From Acidobacteriota bacterium (lineage in GTDB: Bacteria > Acidobacteriota > UBA6911): a DNA stretch of 64,000 nt. The stretch spans positions 47,316 to 111,315 of the forward strand of contig JBBIMP010000014.1 of assembly GCA_037444305.1 (NCBI GenBank), in the 5' to 3' direction. Positions 19,475-28,393 of the stretch are shown one piece after another. Every line of letters begins with the position of its first letter. Positions within the stretch are counted from its first letter, which is position 1. The notes beneath the pieces were generated by a model, which had not been told where the DNA came from, did no database searches, and saw only the letters and a list, made by a program, of their open reading frames with translations. The position numbers were made by a program, and so were the translations under genes.

Positions 19475-19666
19475 TCGGAAATATTCATGAATCGGGGAAC
19501 GGCAAACATCCTGGTACGCGGAACGCGGACCAACGCGGAAAGGGCGGCCTGCCGTCCCGGGGAGAGGACAACGGCGGACGGCGATCCGCCCTGCGGAGAA
19601 TGAAATAATGGAGTTGCGCGCCAAACGAAGTATCATGAAACCGATGGTCTGGGGCGCCCTGGATTT

Positions 19667-20368
19667 ATGAGCGGATCGGGCGGGAAAAAGGGCGGCATCG
19701 GCGTGCTGGGCGGGAGTTTCAACCCGATCCACAACGGGCACCTACACATCGCGCAGGCGGTCCGCGAGAGCTTCGGCCTGGCGGAGGTCCATTTCGTGGT
19801 TGCGACCACTCCCCCGCACAAGGAGGGGCGCAGCCTCCTCCCGCTGGCGCACCGGTACGCCATGGTCTGCCTGGCGACATCGGGAACGAGAGCCTTCCTG
19901 CCTTCGCTGGTGGAGCTCGCACCGCCGGCCAGCCCGTATTCGATCGATACGCTGGAAAAACTGGCCCGGCTTCTTCCGGCTGCCGGCCGGGACCTTTTCT
20001 TCATAGCAGGAATGGATTCCCTGCTGGAGCTGCACACCTGGAAGGAAAACCAGGCGCTGCTGCAGACCTACAGCTTCGTCTTCGTGGCGCGCCCGGGCAT
20101 CGTGCCCCTGCCGGCCGGACAGATCCTGCCGCCGGGCGCCGCCCGGCGGTTGGTGGATCTGCGGGGGCTCAGCCCGCGCGCACAGCGGCAAGCCCTCCGC
20201 GACTGCCGGGCATCGCCGGCAAACCGGATCTATCTTGCCGATATGGGAGCCCCGGACATATCCGCTTCCACAATTCGGCAAAGGGCGCGGGCCGGCAGGC
20301 GGTTCGGTCATCTGGTGCCGCCGCCCGTCGGCGCCTATATCAGGAAATTAAATCTCTACGGTGAATGA
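19667..20368 (+). CDS. nadD: Nicotinate-nucleotide adenylyltransferase
   Basis: GGSFNPIHNGHL (H/TxGH motif) and ISASTIRQR. Its stop overlaps the rsfS start. Confidence 0.9.
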   Translation: MSGSGGKKGGIGVLGGSFNPIHNGHLHIAQAVRESFGLAEVHFVVATTPPHKEGRSLLPLAHRYAMVCLATSGTRAFLPSLVELAPPASPYSIDTLEKLARLLPAAGRDLFFIAGMDSLLELHTWKENQALLQTYSFVFVARPGIVPLPAGQILPPGAARRLVDLRGLSPRAQRQALRDCRASPANRIYLADMGAPDISASTIRQRARAGRRFGHLVPPPVGAYIRKLNLYGE

Positions 20369-20769
20369 TGAAGGATACACTCAGAATTGCTCTCGCAGCC
20401 GCGGACAAGAAGAAAGCCGTCGACCCGGTGGTTCTGGACATCTCGGAAATAGCCTCCTTTGCGACGCACTTCATGCTTTGCTCGGGAGAGTCATCCCGGC
20501 AGATACAGGCCATCGCAGACGCCATCGAACTGGAACTCAAGCAGGCGGGAACACGCCCGCTGCACATCGAGGGATACGACCACGCCGAGTGGGTGCTGCT
20601 GGACTACGGCGATCTCGTGGTCCACATATTTTCGCCGCGCGCCCGGCAGTATTACGATCTCGAGCGCCTCTGGAGAGACGGCAGGACGGTCGAGATAGAG
20701 AAGCTGCTCGCCCCGGCGGTGTCCAAACGGTCCGCAGCCGGCAAGAGGCACAAAAAGGCGGGGTCCTGA
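20365..20769 (+). CDS. rsfS: Ribosome silencing factor RsfS (iojap)
   Basis: VVLDISEIASFATHFMLCSGESSRQIQAIADAI...WVLLDYGDLVVHIF...YYDLERLW. Confidence 0.9.
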   Translation: MMKDTLRIALAAADKKKAVDPVVLDISEIASFATHFMLCSGESSRQIQAIADAIELELKQAGTRPLHIEGYDHAEWVLLDYGDLVVHIFSPRARQYYDLERLWRDGRTVEIEKLLAPAVSKRSAAGKRHKKAGS

Positions 20770-21088
20770 CCCAGGTTTTTCCGTGTTCAAGCGGGCCGGG
20801 AAACGGGAACGGGCGCGGGCCTTCCCATTTCGCCGAGGGTTCGGGCTCGGCGCCGGGGAAACGCCGCCGGTCGAGCGCGGGCTGTCTGGAAAGAGGTAGT
20901 CTCCCAGGGTGAAAATCCTCGCGCGCTTCCTCGGCTCCGCCATTCGCGCGGCCCTTTGAAGAATCCCGCCGGCAAGCTGAAACGGCCGCTGGCGAGCGGC
21001 GACCGGCAGCGATTGAAATAGCTTTTTTCGTTCTGTAAAATTTTGCGCTCGCTGCACTCGGCGAGTGCCTTGGCTCATCGGCGGGATC

Positions 21089-21580
21089 ATGCGCATCAGG
21101 ATCTTTTGGGTTGGAAAAACCAGGAGCCCGCAGCTGCGGGCCCTGGCCGACGATTACCTGGCGAGGATAGGGCACTTCACCGCCTGTGAGATCGTGGAGA
21201 CGAAGGACCTGGCGAGAGGACGGCGGCTTCATGGCAGGGAGCTTCTGGCCGCCGAGGCCGCAGAAATCAAAAAATCTCTCAGTGCCGGCCACCGGAGAGT
21301 CGTGCTGGACGAGCGTGGCAGGGAATTCACTTCGCGCGAGTTCGCGCGCTGGCTCGAGCGACAGCAGATTCGCGGGGTGAAAGGGATCGAATTCGTCATC
21401 GGCGGTCCCGACGGGTTGAGCCGGGAGATTGCCGACGGAGCCGACCTCGAGCTTTCACTCGGCAGAATGACGTGGGCGCACGAGATATCGCGCGTCCTGC
21501 TGCTCGAGCAGATTTACCGTGCCTTTGGAATATTGGGGAACATCCCCTACCACCGGGAGGGGAGAGGGAGTCGCGACTGA
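21089..21580 (+). CDS. rlmH: 23S rRNA (pseudouridine1915-N3)-methyltransferase RlmH
   Basis: MRIRIFWVGKTRSPQLRALADDY...FVIGGPDGL...LSLGRMTWAHEISRVLLLEQIYRA (SPOUT). Confidence 0.9.
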   Translation: MRIRIFWVGKTRSPQLRALADDYLARIGHFTACEIVETKDLARGRRLHGRELLAAEAAEIKKSLSAGHRRVVLDERGREFTSREFARWLERQQIRGVKGIEFVIGGPDGLSREIADGADLELSLGRMTWAHEISRVLLLEQIYRAFGILGNIPYHREGRGSRD

Positions 21581-21936
21581 TGGATGCCAAGAAGCTGGAC
21601 TACTTCAAACGGAAGCTCGTGGAAAAGCAGCTCGCGCTGGAACAGATGGTCCAGAGATCGGACAGTTACGGCCGCGAAAAGGAACCAAACATCCAGGACA
21701 TTGCCGACATGGCGGCGGAATCCTACACGCGGGAGTTCAATTTCGGAAGAAGCGCGGGGGACCGCCGGATCCTGGCGCAGATCGGCGATGCTCTCGACCG
21801 GATTTCGAACCGCTCGTTCGGCATCTGCGTCCACTGCGAGGATGAGATCCAGCCCAAACGGCTGGAAGCGGTGCCGTGGGCGGAGTACTGCATCCGGTGC
21901 CAATCATTGCAGGAAAAGGGGATGCTGGACAACTGA
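21580..21936 (+). CDS. DksA/TraR-family C4 zinc-finger protein
   Basis: 118 aa. It has a coiled-coil N-terminal half and CVHCEDEIQPKRLEAVPWAEYCIRC (CxxC-x17-CxxC). The ATG shares one base with the rlmH TGA. Confidence 0.8.
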   Translation: MDAKKLDYFKRKLVEKQLALEQMVQRSDSYGREKEPNIQDIADMAAESYTREFNFGRSAGDRRILAQIGDALDRISNRSFGICVHCEDEIQPKRLEAVPWAEYCIRCQSLQEKGMLDN

Positions 21937-21965
21937 AAGCCGGGCGTGCGCCGGGAGCAGGGGAT

Positions 21966-22760
21966 GTGACCTGGAGAGACATTTTCCCAAATCATCAGCA
22001 CACCGCTCAATCCTTCCCCGGCCTTCTGCTCGACGGGGTTCTCAATCTTCTCTATCCTGAAGCCTGTGTCAGCTGCTCGGCTCCGGTGCAGCGGCGCGCG
22101 GACCGCGGCCTGTGCGGGGTCTGCTGGGGAAGGCTGCTGCAGCTGAAGCTGAAGCCTCCATGGTGCCCTGCCTGCGGGCTGCCACAGCCCCAATTGCCCA
22201 CGGACGAAGCCAGGCTCTGCATCCCCTGTCTGACGCAGGCGCCCCCCTTCACCGCCGCGCGCTCCTTCGGCTACTACTGCTCCGAGTTGAGCCGGGTTGT
22301 GCAGGCGTTGAAGTTCCGCGGGCGGCGCAACCTCGCTGCGCGGCTTGCCCCCCTGCTCGCGGGCCTGTTCTTCGAAACCTGGAGTCCGGCGGATTTCGAT
22401 CTCGTGGTGCCGGTGCCCCTCTCCGGGAGGCGCAGGCGCGAACGCGGCTACAACCAGGCGGCCCTGCTGGCGGCACCACTGGCGAGGACCGCGGGCCTTC
22501 GTTGCGACGAGAGCGTGCTCCTCCGCGTTCGCCACACGGTCCCGCAGGTCGGCCTGATGGATTCCGCCAGGCGGCTGAATCCCCGGGGGGCTTTTGTCTC
22601 CCCTGGGGGCGCCGGCATCCGCAGGATGCGCATACTGTTGATCGATGACGTCATGACCACCGGCGCGACGGCGGCGAGCGCGGCGGAGGCTCTGAAGGGC
22701 GCGGGGGCTCTCCGCGTCTGCGTCCTGACGCTGGCCCGAACTGCGCCGGGCGGGATGTGA
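21966..22760 (+). CDS. comF: ComF-family protein (phosphoribosyltransferase domain)
   Basis: The N-terminal Cys pairs are CVSC...CGVC...CPAC...CIPC. The PRTase motif is ILLIDDVMTTGAT. The start is uncertain: I propose GTG 21966, because the track start at 21876 overlaps the dksA-like gene. Confidence 0.72.
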   Translation: MTWRDIFPNHQHTAQSFPGLLLDGVLNLLYPEACVSCSAPVQRRADRGLCGVCWGRLLQLKLKPPWCPACGLPQPQLPTDEARLCIPCLTQAPPFTAARSFGYYCSELSRVVQALKFRGRRNLAARLAPLLAGLFFETWSPADFDLVVPVPLSGRRRRERGYNQAALLAAPLARTAGLRCDESVLLRVRHTVPQVGLMDSARRLNPRGAFVSPGGAGIRRMRILLIDDVMTTGATAASAAEALKGAGALRVCVLTLARTAPGGM

Positions 22761-22794
22761 GGGCGACCTGCCGCAGGGGAGCGAAAAGGAACAG

Positions 22795-23193
22795 CTAATC
22801 GCGGTTGCGCGATTTGTTCCGGGCGTCGACTTCCTTCAGTTGCTCCTCGAAGGCGGCCTTTTGCTGCTCGGTGAGAATCGCGCGGATCTTCTCGTTGGTT
22901 TCGTGGCGCAACGCCTGGTACTGCGGCTGAAACTGCTTGGAGAGGGCGCGGTATTGGTCCCTGCTATCCCTGATGATCTCGGCCAATTTCTCCTCTTGCT
23001 GCCCGTCCAGCTTCAGCCCGCGGGCCATCTCGCCGACGATTTCCTGGGGACTTTGGCGCCCTTTCGTCTTGGCGCTCGACGCCGTTGCCGGCTTTTCGAT
23101 CAGGCGGTGGGTGACGGCCCCGGCGATCCCTCCCAGCAGGAACGTCGCGATCAGCAGGATCGTGGCGCCGGTCTTGGATTTCATTGCCGACAT
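22795..23193 (-). CDS. Periplasmic Spy/CpxP-family (LTxxQ) protein
   Basis: 132 aa from MSAMKSKTGATILLIATFLLGGIAGA (signal/anchor). It is helical and K/E/Q-rich, with the LTxxQ motif ILTEQQKAAF. Confidence 0.6.
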   Translation of the reverse strand: MSAMKSKTGATILLIATFLLGGIAGAVTHRLIEKPATASSAKTKGRQSPQEIVGEMARGLKLDGQQEEKLAEIIRDSRDQYRALSKQFQPQYQALRHETNEKIRAILTEQQKAAFEEQLKEVDARNKSRNRD

Positions 23194-23203
23194 GCGCCTG
23201 GCC

Positions 23204-23695
23204 TCACTTCTTTCCGCCGCTCTTGACCGGCTCCTGTTCCGCCAGGGCCTGCAGGACACTCTCCTCGGTGATCTCGCCCTGTTCCGCGATGACCATGCGG
23301 ACCGGCCGGTCAACCGAAGTGAAGATCCGGTCGTAGGCCTGGTAAATGTCCGGCTGCGGGGAACTGAACTGCTCGTAAGCTGCGATCGAAACCAGAATCA
23401 GGGTGATGGCGGCCAGGGCCGGCACCACCTGCCGCGACAGGCCCCACAGGATCTGCCAGAGGGTGATGCTCTGCGATTCCTCCCGAATACGGGCACGCAG
23501 ACGCTCGTAGAAAAAAGGCGAGGGTTCCAGCGCCGGGATGAGACTCCCCAATTTTCTCGGCAAGGCCAGGATCCGGAATTCGCGCTCGCACGAGGGACAC
23601 CCGGCCAAATGCTCATGGAGGAGTGCACTGTCGGATTCGGACAGTTCCCGATCCATGAGCCGGAAAAGCCAGATTCTTGCGGTCTTGCATTCCAT
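23204..23695 (-). CDS. Zinc-finger (zf-HC2) anti-sigma factor, single-pass membrane protein
   Basis: MECKTARIWLFRLMDRELSESDSALLHEHLAGCPSCEREF (Hx3Cx2C), then a TM segment VVPALAAITLILVSIAAY. It lies directly upstream of the LTxxQ gene. Confidence 0.65.
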   Translation of the reverse strand: MECKTARIWLFRLMDRELSESDSALLHEHLAGCPSCEREFRILALPRKLGSLIPALEPSPFFYERLRARIREESQSITLWQILWGLSRQVVPALAAITLILVSIAAYEQFSSPQPDIYQAYDRIFTSVDRPVRMVIAEQGEITEESVLQALAEQEPVKSGGKK

Positions 23696-23938
23696 TTTCT
23701 CTCCCCTCAACCGCCTCCAACGGATACTACGCCGCGGTTCCGGCCTTATTTCACGCATCCGGTCGATTCCGCCTGCCCGGCAAGCCTGGAGAAGTCCCCG
23801 GAGAGCGCTACGGAGCCGGGAGACCTGCCCATTAAAACCCACAAGGCTCAAAAACACAACGATTTGCTTGGGGGATTTGCATCTCCGCCGGGGGATCTGA
23901 TCGGGCTCCTCGGGCCGGCAGGGCGTAACTCGAAAGGC

Positions 23939-24973
23939 TCAGAGAATCAACATGCAATCGCCGTAGCTGAAGAAGCGGTATCCCTGACGCACGGCCTCCC
24001 CGTAGCACTCCAGCATGAACTCCCGCCCGGCAAAAGCGCAGACGAGCATCAGCAGGGTCGAGCGGGGCAGGTGGAAGTTGGTCAGGAGACCGTCCAGCAT
24101 GGTGAAGGGAAAGCCGGGATAGATGAAGAGGTCGGCGTAACCCGAGCAGGGCTCGCCGGTCCAGCCCTGCCGGCCGAGATGTTCGAGGACGCGGGTCGTG
24201 GTTGTCCCGACGGCGACCAGGGCCCCGCCCCGCACCTTGCACTCGCGGATCTGCGCGCCGGCCCGGGCTCCGACCTCGAAATACTCCGCGTCCATCCGGT
24301 GGGCGGCGATCTCCTCGCAGCGGACAGGCTTGAAGGTGCCGTAACCCACGTGGAGGAGAATCTCGCATCTCCCCACCTTCGCGGCGTCCAGCCGGCGGAA
24401 CACCTCGGGTGTGAAATGCAGCCCCGCCGTCGGTGCTGCGACCGATCCCGTGTGCTGCGCAAAAACCGTCTGGTAGCGCACCCGGTCCTCCGGTAGATCC
24501 AGACCGGCCGGCCGGCGGATATAGGGCGGGAGAGGTATCCGGCCGACGCGTTCGATCTCCCCCATCAGGTCGGCCCTCGGCTCGAACACGATTGTTCGGC
24601 TGCCGTCCTCGGCCGCCCCGGTGACTTCGGCGCGGAGTCCGCTGACGTCCAGCCGATCACCGGGGGCGGCTTTGCGGGCCGGCCGGGCGAGCACGCTCCA
24701 TTCACCGGGCGACTTTTCACTCAGGAGCAGGAGCTCAATCCGCTCCTCCCGGCCGATGCGGCGCGCCCAGAGGCGGGCCGGGAACACGCGGGTGTTGTTC
24801 ATCACCAGCAGGTGGCGGGGTTCGAGAATCCCCGGCAGGTCGGCAAAAGACCTGTGCTCCCAGCTCCTCTCCCGCCGTCGTACAACCATCATGCGGGATT
24901 GATCCCGAAGCGGCAGGGGGTGCTGCGCGATCAGGTTTTCCGGCAGGGCGTAATCAAAAGAGGAAAGCTTCAC
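23939..24973 (-). CDS. queA: S-adenosylmethionine:tRNA ribosyltransferase-isomerase
   Basis: 344 aa from GTG 24971-24973: VKLSSFDYALPENLIAQHPL...PLPPYI...TAGLHFT...LHVGYGTF...VAVGTTTTR...FFSYGD. Confidence 0.95.
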   Translation of the reverse strand: MKLSSFDYALPENLIAQHPLPLRDQSRMMVVRRRERSWEHRSFADLPGILEPRHLLVMNNTRVFPARLWARRIGREERIELLLLSEKSPGEWSVLARPARKAAPGDRLDVSGLRAEVTGAAEDGSRTIVFEPRADLMGEIERVGRIPLPPYIRRPAGLDLPEDRVRYQTVFAQHTGSVAAPTAGLHFTPEVFRRLDAAKVGRCEILLHVGYGTFKPVRCEEIAAHRMDAEYFEVGARAGAQIRECKVRGGALVAVGTTTTRVLEHLGRQGWTGEPCSGYADLFIYPGFPFTMLDGLLTNFHLPRSTLLMLVCAFAGREFMLECYGEAVRQGYRFFSYGDCMLIL

Positions 24974-24981
24974 CGTTGAAC

Positions 24982-25920
24982 TCAGCGCTGCCGGGAGATC
25001 GGGCGGATGTCGGCGCGCCAGGCCTTGCGCTTTTCGGCACCTGACTCCGCGAGCGCAGCCGGGACCTCGCTCTGATCCAGCGCCGGGTCGTGCAGCTTGG
25101 CCGAGAAATGAGCTCCGAAAAGCATGATCAGGGTTGACGTGTAGACCCAGGCCAGGAGCATGATGATGGCGCCCGTGCGGCCGTAAACCATCTGCGAGTC
25201 GAACAGGGGGACCAGCTTCGCGAAGATGTAGCTGCCTGCCTCCCAGAGCGCGGCGGCGACGATGGCGCCGGAAAAGGCCTCCCGCCAGGTGACCTGGCGC
25301 TCGGGCATCAGCTTGTAAATGCAGAAAAAGACGACGATGGCGATCAGGAAGGTCGCCGTCAGCAGGACCGATGACCACATCCAGTTGATGATCTGGTCCT
25401 GGGCATAGGGAGGAATGTGGTCGGTGGTGTCCGCGCGCAGTGTGGCCACCGCGCCCGTGACGATCGCCGAAATGAGCAGGAGGATCCCGCCCAGCGTCAT
25501 CAAGGCCACGCTCCGGATCCGGCTCTCCCAGAAACTCCTCTTTCTCTCGACCTGCCAGGCGCGGTTCAGCGAGTTCTCCACCGAGGCAAAAATCCAGGTG
25601 GAGGACCATAAAATCACAACGACGCACGAAATGAAGAGCGCGGGCGAAGGTTCCGTGATCTCTCTGAGGTTGGCCTCGAGGAACTCGCGGGAGCCGGGGA
25701 AAAGAACCACGATTCTCTCCATCACCCTGTTGTGGAGTTGCAGCCACCCCAGAAAGGCGTCCACGATTGCGATCAGAACGAGGATCGCGGGAAAAATGGC
25801 GAAGAGGCTGAAGTAGGAAATGCTGCCCGCATCCCGAGGCGTTTCGGGGGTGAACATCGCCTTCCATGCTCCGCCCAAGGCGCAGCCCAACCTCCGGCAA
25901 GCCGGCACAAAGGATTCCAT
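24982..25920 (-). CDS. YihY/BrkB-family (ribonuclease BN-like) membrane protein
   Basis: 312 aa, multi-pass: SISYFSLFAIFPAILVLI...RSFWESRIRSVALMTLGGILLL...YGRTGAIIMLLAWVY. Confidence 0.85.
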   Translation of the reverse strand: MESFVPACRRLGCALGGAWKAMFTPETPRDAGSISYFSLFAIFPAILVLIAIVDAFLGWLQLHNRVMERIVVLFPGSREFLEANLREITEPSPALFISCVVVILWSSTWIFASVENSLNRAWQVERKRSFWESRIRSVALMTLGGILLLISAIVTGAVATLRADTTDHIPPYAQDQIINWMWSSVLLTATFLIAIVVFFCIYKLMPERQVTWREAFSGAIVAAALWEAGSYIFAKLVPLFDSQMVYGRTGAIIMLLAWVYTSTLIMLFGAHFSAKLHDPALDQSEVPAALAESGAEKRKAWRADIRPISRQR

Positions 25921-26138
25921 GGCACTGAAGTGTAGTGAGTAATTCCCGCGGTGTAAATAGGATTGTCGGCACCGGCTCCGCCGGACGATAATCGAGGACG
26001 GGCTTTATCGCCTTGAAAACAAATACTAATTCAGGATATTACCTGTTCCGCCGCATTCCGGTACGCGTAGGAGGCCGCAACCGTCCCGCGCCCCCGGGGC
26101 TGGATTTGGCCGCAGATGATTTCACCACGGCCGGTCTT

Positions 26139-26168
26139 TGACATTGCGGTCGCCGCAGGCCTAAGATC
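26139..26168 (+). promoter_or_regulatory. Sigma70-like promoter upstream of folE
   Basis: TTGACA (26139-26144), an 18-nt spacer, then TAAGAT (26163-26168). This leaves a leader of roughly 90 nt before the folE ATG. Confidence 0.5.
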
Positions 26169-26264
26169 CATGAGAATGGCTGCCCGGCGAAGGGCTCGCC
26201 GGATGTCCGGGGGTGCCCAAGCCGGGCCGGCGCCGAACGCTCAACAAATCGGGAGATCCAGCTG

Positions 26265-26816
26265 ATGGAGGATCTGATTCGGAAAATGCTGCTTGAACTT
26301 GGTGAAGATCCAACGCGGGAGGGCCTCCGCGAAACCCCGACGCGCGTGGCGCAGGCGCTGCAGTTCTTCACCAGCGGTTACGCCTCCGATCCGCAATCGG
26401 TGATCAACGATGCGCTTTTCGAGGTTGAGTACGACGAAATGGTGATCGTCTCGGACATCGATTTCTACAGCATGTGCGAGCATCACCTGCTGCCGTTTTT
26501 CGGCAAATGCCACGTGGGTTACCTGCCGAAGCAGAGGGTGATCGGCCTCAGCAAAATCCCGAGGCTCGTGGAGATGTTCAGCAGGCGGCTGCAGGTGCAG
26601 GAGCGCCTGACGACGCAGATCGCCGAAACGATCAACCGGAGCATCGCGCCCAGGGGGGTCGGGGTTGTGATCGAGGCCCAGCACATGTGCATGATGATGC
26701 GCGGCGTGGAGAAGCAGAACTCCCGGGCCATCACCAGCTCGATGCTCGGCACCTTCCGGAAGCAGGAATCGCGGATGGAGTTTCTGGATCTGATCTTTAA
26801 GGGCAACCGGCACTGA
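26265..26816 (+). CDS. folE: GTP cyclohydrolase I
   Basis: 183 aa: [17 protein letters not shown]...[22 protein letters not shown]...QVQERLT. Confidence 0.95.
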   Translation: MEDLIRKMLLELGEDPTREGLRETPTRVAQALQFFTSGYASDPQSVINDALFEVEYDEMVIVSDIDFYSMCEHHLLPFFGKCHVGYLPKQRVIGLSKIPRLVEMFSRRLQVQERLTTQIAETINRSIAPRGVGVVIEAQHMCMMMRGVEKQNSRAITSSMLGTFRKQESRMEFLDLIFKGNRH

Positions 26817-26904
26817 GGCCCGATCCGCTTCCGCTGTCTGCGGCCTCGCTCTGGTGCAGCCAGCGTTCGAGCAGCGGTCCTTTTCCTGCAATCTCGCAGA
26901 CCAT

Positions 26905-27166
26905 CAGGATATACATCGCTCTGGTCGGGTTCAGCGGGAAGCACGGTGAGCCGGAAGATCAGCCCGCTGAAAACGACCAGCAGAACCGCCCCCGGTGTCC
27001 GCAGGGGCAAGCGGAACAGACTCCAGAGGCAAAGCGAAAAAGCCGTGATTATGATCGCCAGGAAGGCTGCGGTGTGCTCTCTGAGAGGGCTCAGCCAATG
27101 GAGCAGGATCCAGAGGATTTCGAGCCCGATTGCAGCCGCTCCGATCGGGGCTAATTGCTTGAGCAT
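26905..27166 (-). pseudogene. Possible remnant: N-terminal membrane segment of a larger (GT-C-like?) membrane protein
   Basis: The ORF starting at 27166 encodes about 85 aa with three hydrophobic helices and ends ...VLPAEPDQSDVY. The frame then runs as low-complexity sequence antisense into folE with no plausible end. Confidence 0.25.
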
Positions 27167-27205
27167 TAAAGCAATATATCACCAGCCGGGCAGCCGGGAA
27201 ACTCC

Positions 27206-27233
27206 TTGACGAGCCCAGGTCCCTGTGATAATT
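27206..27233 (+). promoter_or_regulatory. Candidate promoter of the atp operon
   Basis: TTGACG (27206-27211), a 16-nt spacer, then ATAATT (27228-27233), with TG two bases upstream of the -10. Confidence 0.45.
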
Positions 27234-27323
27234 TTTGCGTTTTCTTTCGACCGAACAAGGGGCTCGCAGAGCGTCCGAACGCCGGGCGGAGAATCCGCGC
27301 TCCGATTCAGTTGCAGCCAGCTT

Positions 27324-27749
27324 ATGATCAATCTCGACGGCTCGATCCTTCCGGCCATAGTCATATTCCTGACCCTGATCTTCATCCTCAACAGGATTCT
27401 GTTCCGGCCTCTGCTGGAAGTTCAGGCGGAGCGTGAAAAGCGGACCGCAGGACGCAAGGCCGAGGCTGGAAAACAGTTGGCCCACCAGTCGGACCTTTTT
27501 CGGCGATACCACGAAACCATCAGGAATGCCCGGTTGGAAGGCTACCGGCTGCAGGAACAGGCCCGCTCCGAGGCCTTGAAGCGGCGTGCCGAAGCCCTGG
27601 ACCGGGCAAGGATCAAGGCCGAGGAGCTGACCCGGGAATCGCGCGAGAGCCTCCGCGAGCAGGTGCGCGCCGCCAGGGAGCAGATCGGCCGCGAGGCCGA
27701 CGGGATGGCGCGCAGCATCGCCGAGCGCATCCTGGGGAAACCGGTCTGA
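27324..27749 (+). CDS. atpF2: F-type ATP synthase subunit b' (second stator-stalk subunit)
   Basis: 141 aa from MINLDGSILPAIVIFLTLIFILNRILFRPL, i.e. a single TM segment plus a long charged helix. It lies immediately upstream of atpF. Confidence 0.8.
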   Translation: MINLDGSILPAIVIFLTLIFILNRILFRPLLEVQAEREKRTAGRKAEAGKQLAHQSDLFRRYHETIRNARLEGYRLQEQARSEALKRRAEALDRARIKAEELTRESRESLREQVRAAREQIGREADGMARSIAERILGKPV

Positions 27750-27808
27750 CAGTTTCATCTTTCGCGAGCAAGAGAGGCTGGCTGGTATCCGGTGAGGTCC
27801 GCAGGGAT

Positions 27809-28393
27809 TTGCCGATGAGATCACGAAGAACTGGCTGGCTTGCGCTGGCTCTTGTCCTGGTGCCCATATGTTTTCCGGTCGACGTCTTGGCCGCAGAAGG
27901 GAGCGAAGACCGCTGGGGACTGTGGTTCGGCCTGGGGCGGTTTTTCAACCTGGCCCTGGTGGTTGGAGTGGTGGTGTGGGCGGCGAGAAAGCCCCTGGCG
28001 AGCTTCTTTGTCAACCGGTCCCGCTTGATCCGCGAGGAGCTCGAGGAAGCGCAGAAGGCGCGGCATGACGCCGAACGCAGGCTGGCGGAGGTGGAGGCGC
28101 GCATGAGCAGGCTGGATGACGAGCTGGAGGAGATCCGGGCGGCGGCCGAGCGGGAAGCCCGGGAGGAGCAGGACCGCCTGCTCGAAGAGGCCGAGCGGGA
28201 CGCCGACAAGATAGTCGGGCGGACGAGGGCGGAAATCTCGGGCATGACGCGCGCTGCGCAGCTGGAGCTGCAGGCGCATGCCGTCGAACTCTCCATCAAG
28301 CTGGCGGAAGAACGCATCCGGCGTGATATCACCGACGAGGACCGCGGCCGCCTTTTCCAGGATTTCGTGGCTAAACTCGGGGGGAAAGAGTGA
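27809..28393 (+). CDS. atpF: F-type ATP synthase subunit b
   Basis: It has a signal-like N-terminal segment, then a TM segment (FFNLALVVGVVVWAARKPL) and an E/R/A-rich coiled coil. Its stop overlaps the atpH start. Confidence 0.85.
   Translation: MPMRSRRTGWLALALVLVPICFPVDVLAAEGSEDRWGLWFGLGRFFNLALVVGVVVWAARKPLASFFVNRSRLIREELEEAQKARHDAERRLAEVEARMSRLDDELEEIRAAAEREAREEQDRLLEEAERDADKIVGRTRAEISGMTRAAQLELQAHAVELSIKLAEERIRRDITDEDRGRLFQDFVAKLGGKE

Noticed and set aside
23939-25972. A 677-aa ORF that appears to fuse queA to about 330 upstream codons.
   Set aside because: QueA homology starts at GTG 24973 (VKLSSFDYALPENL). The upstream part overlaps the well-supported yihY-family gene in another frame.
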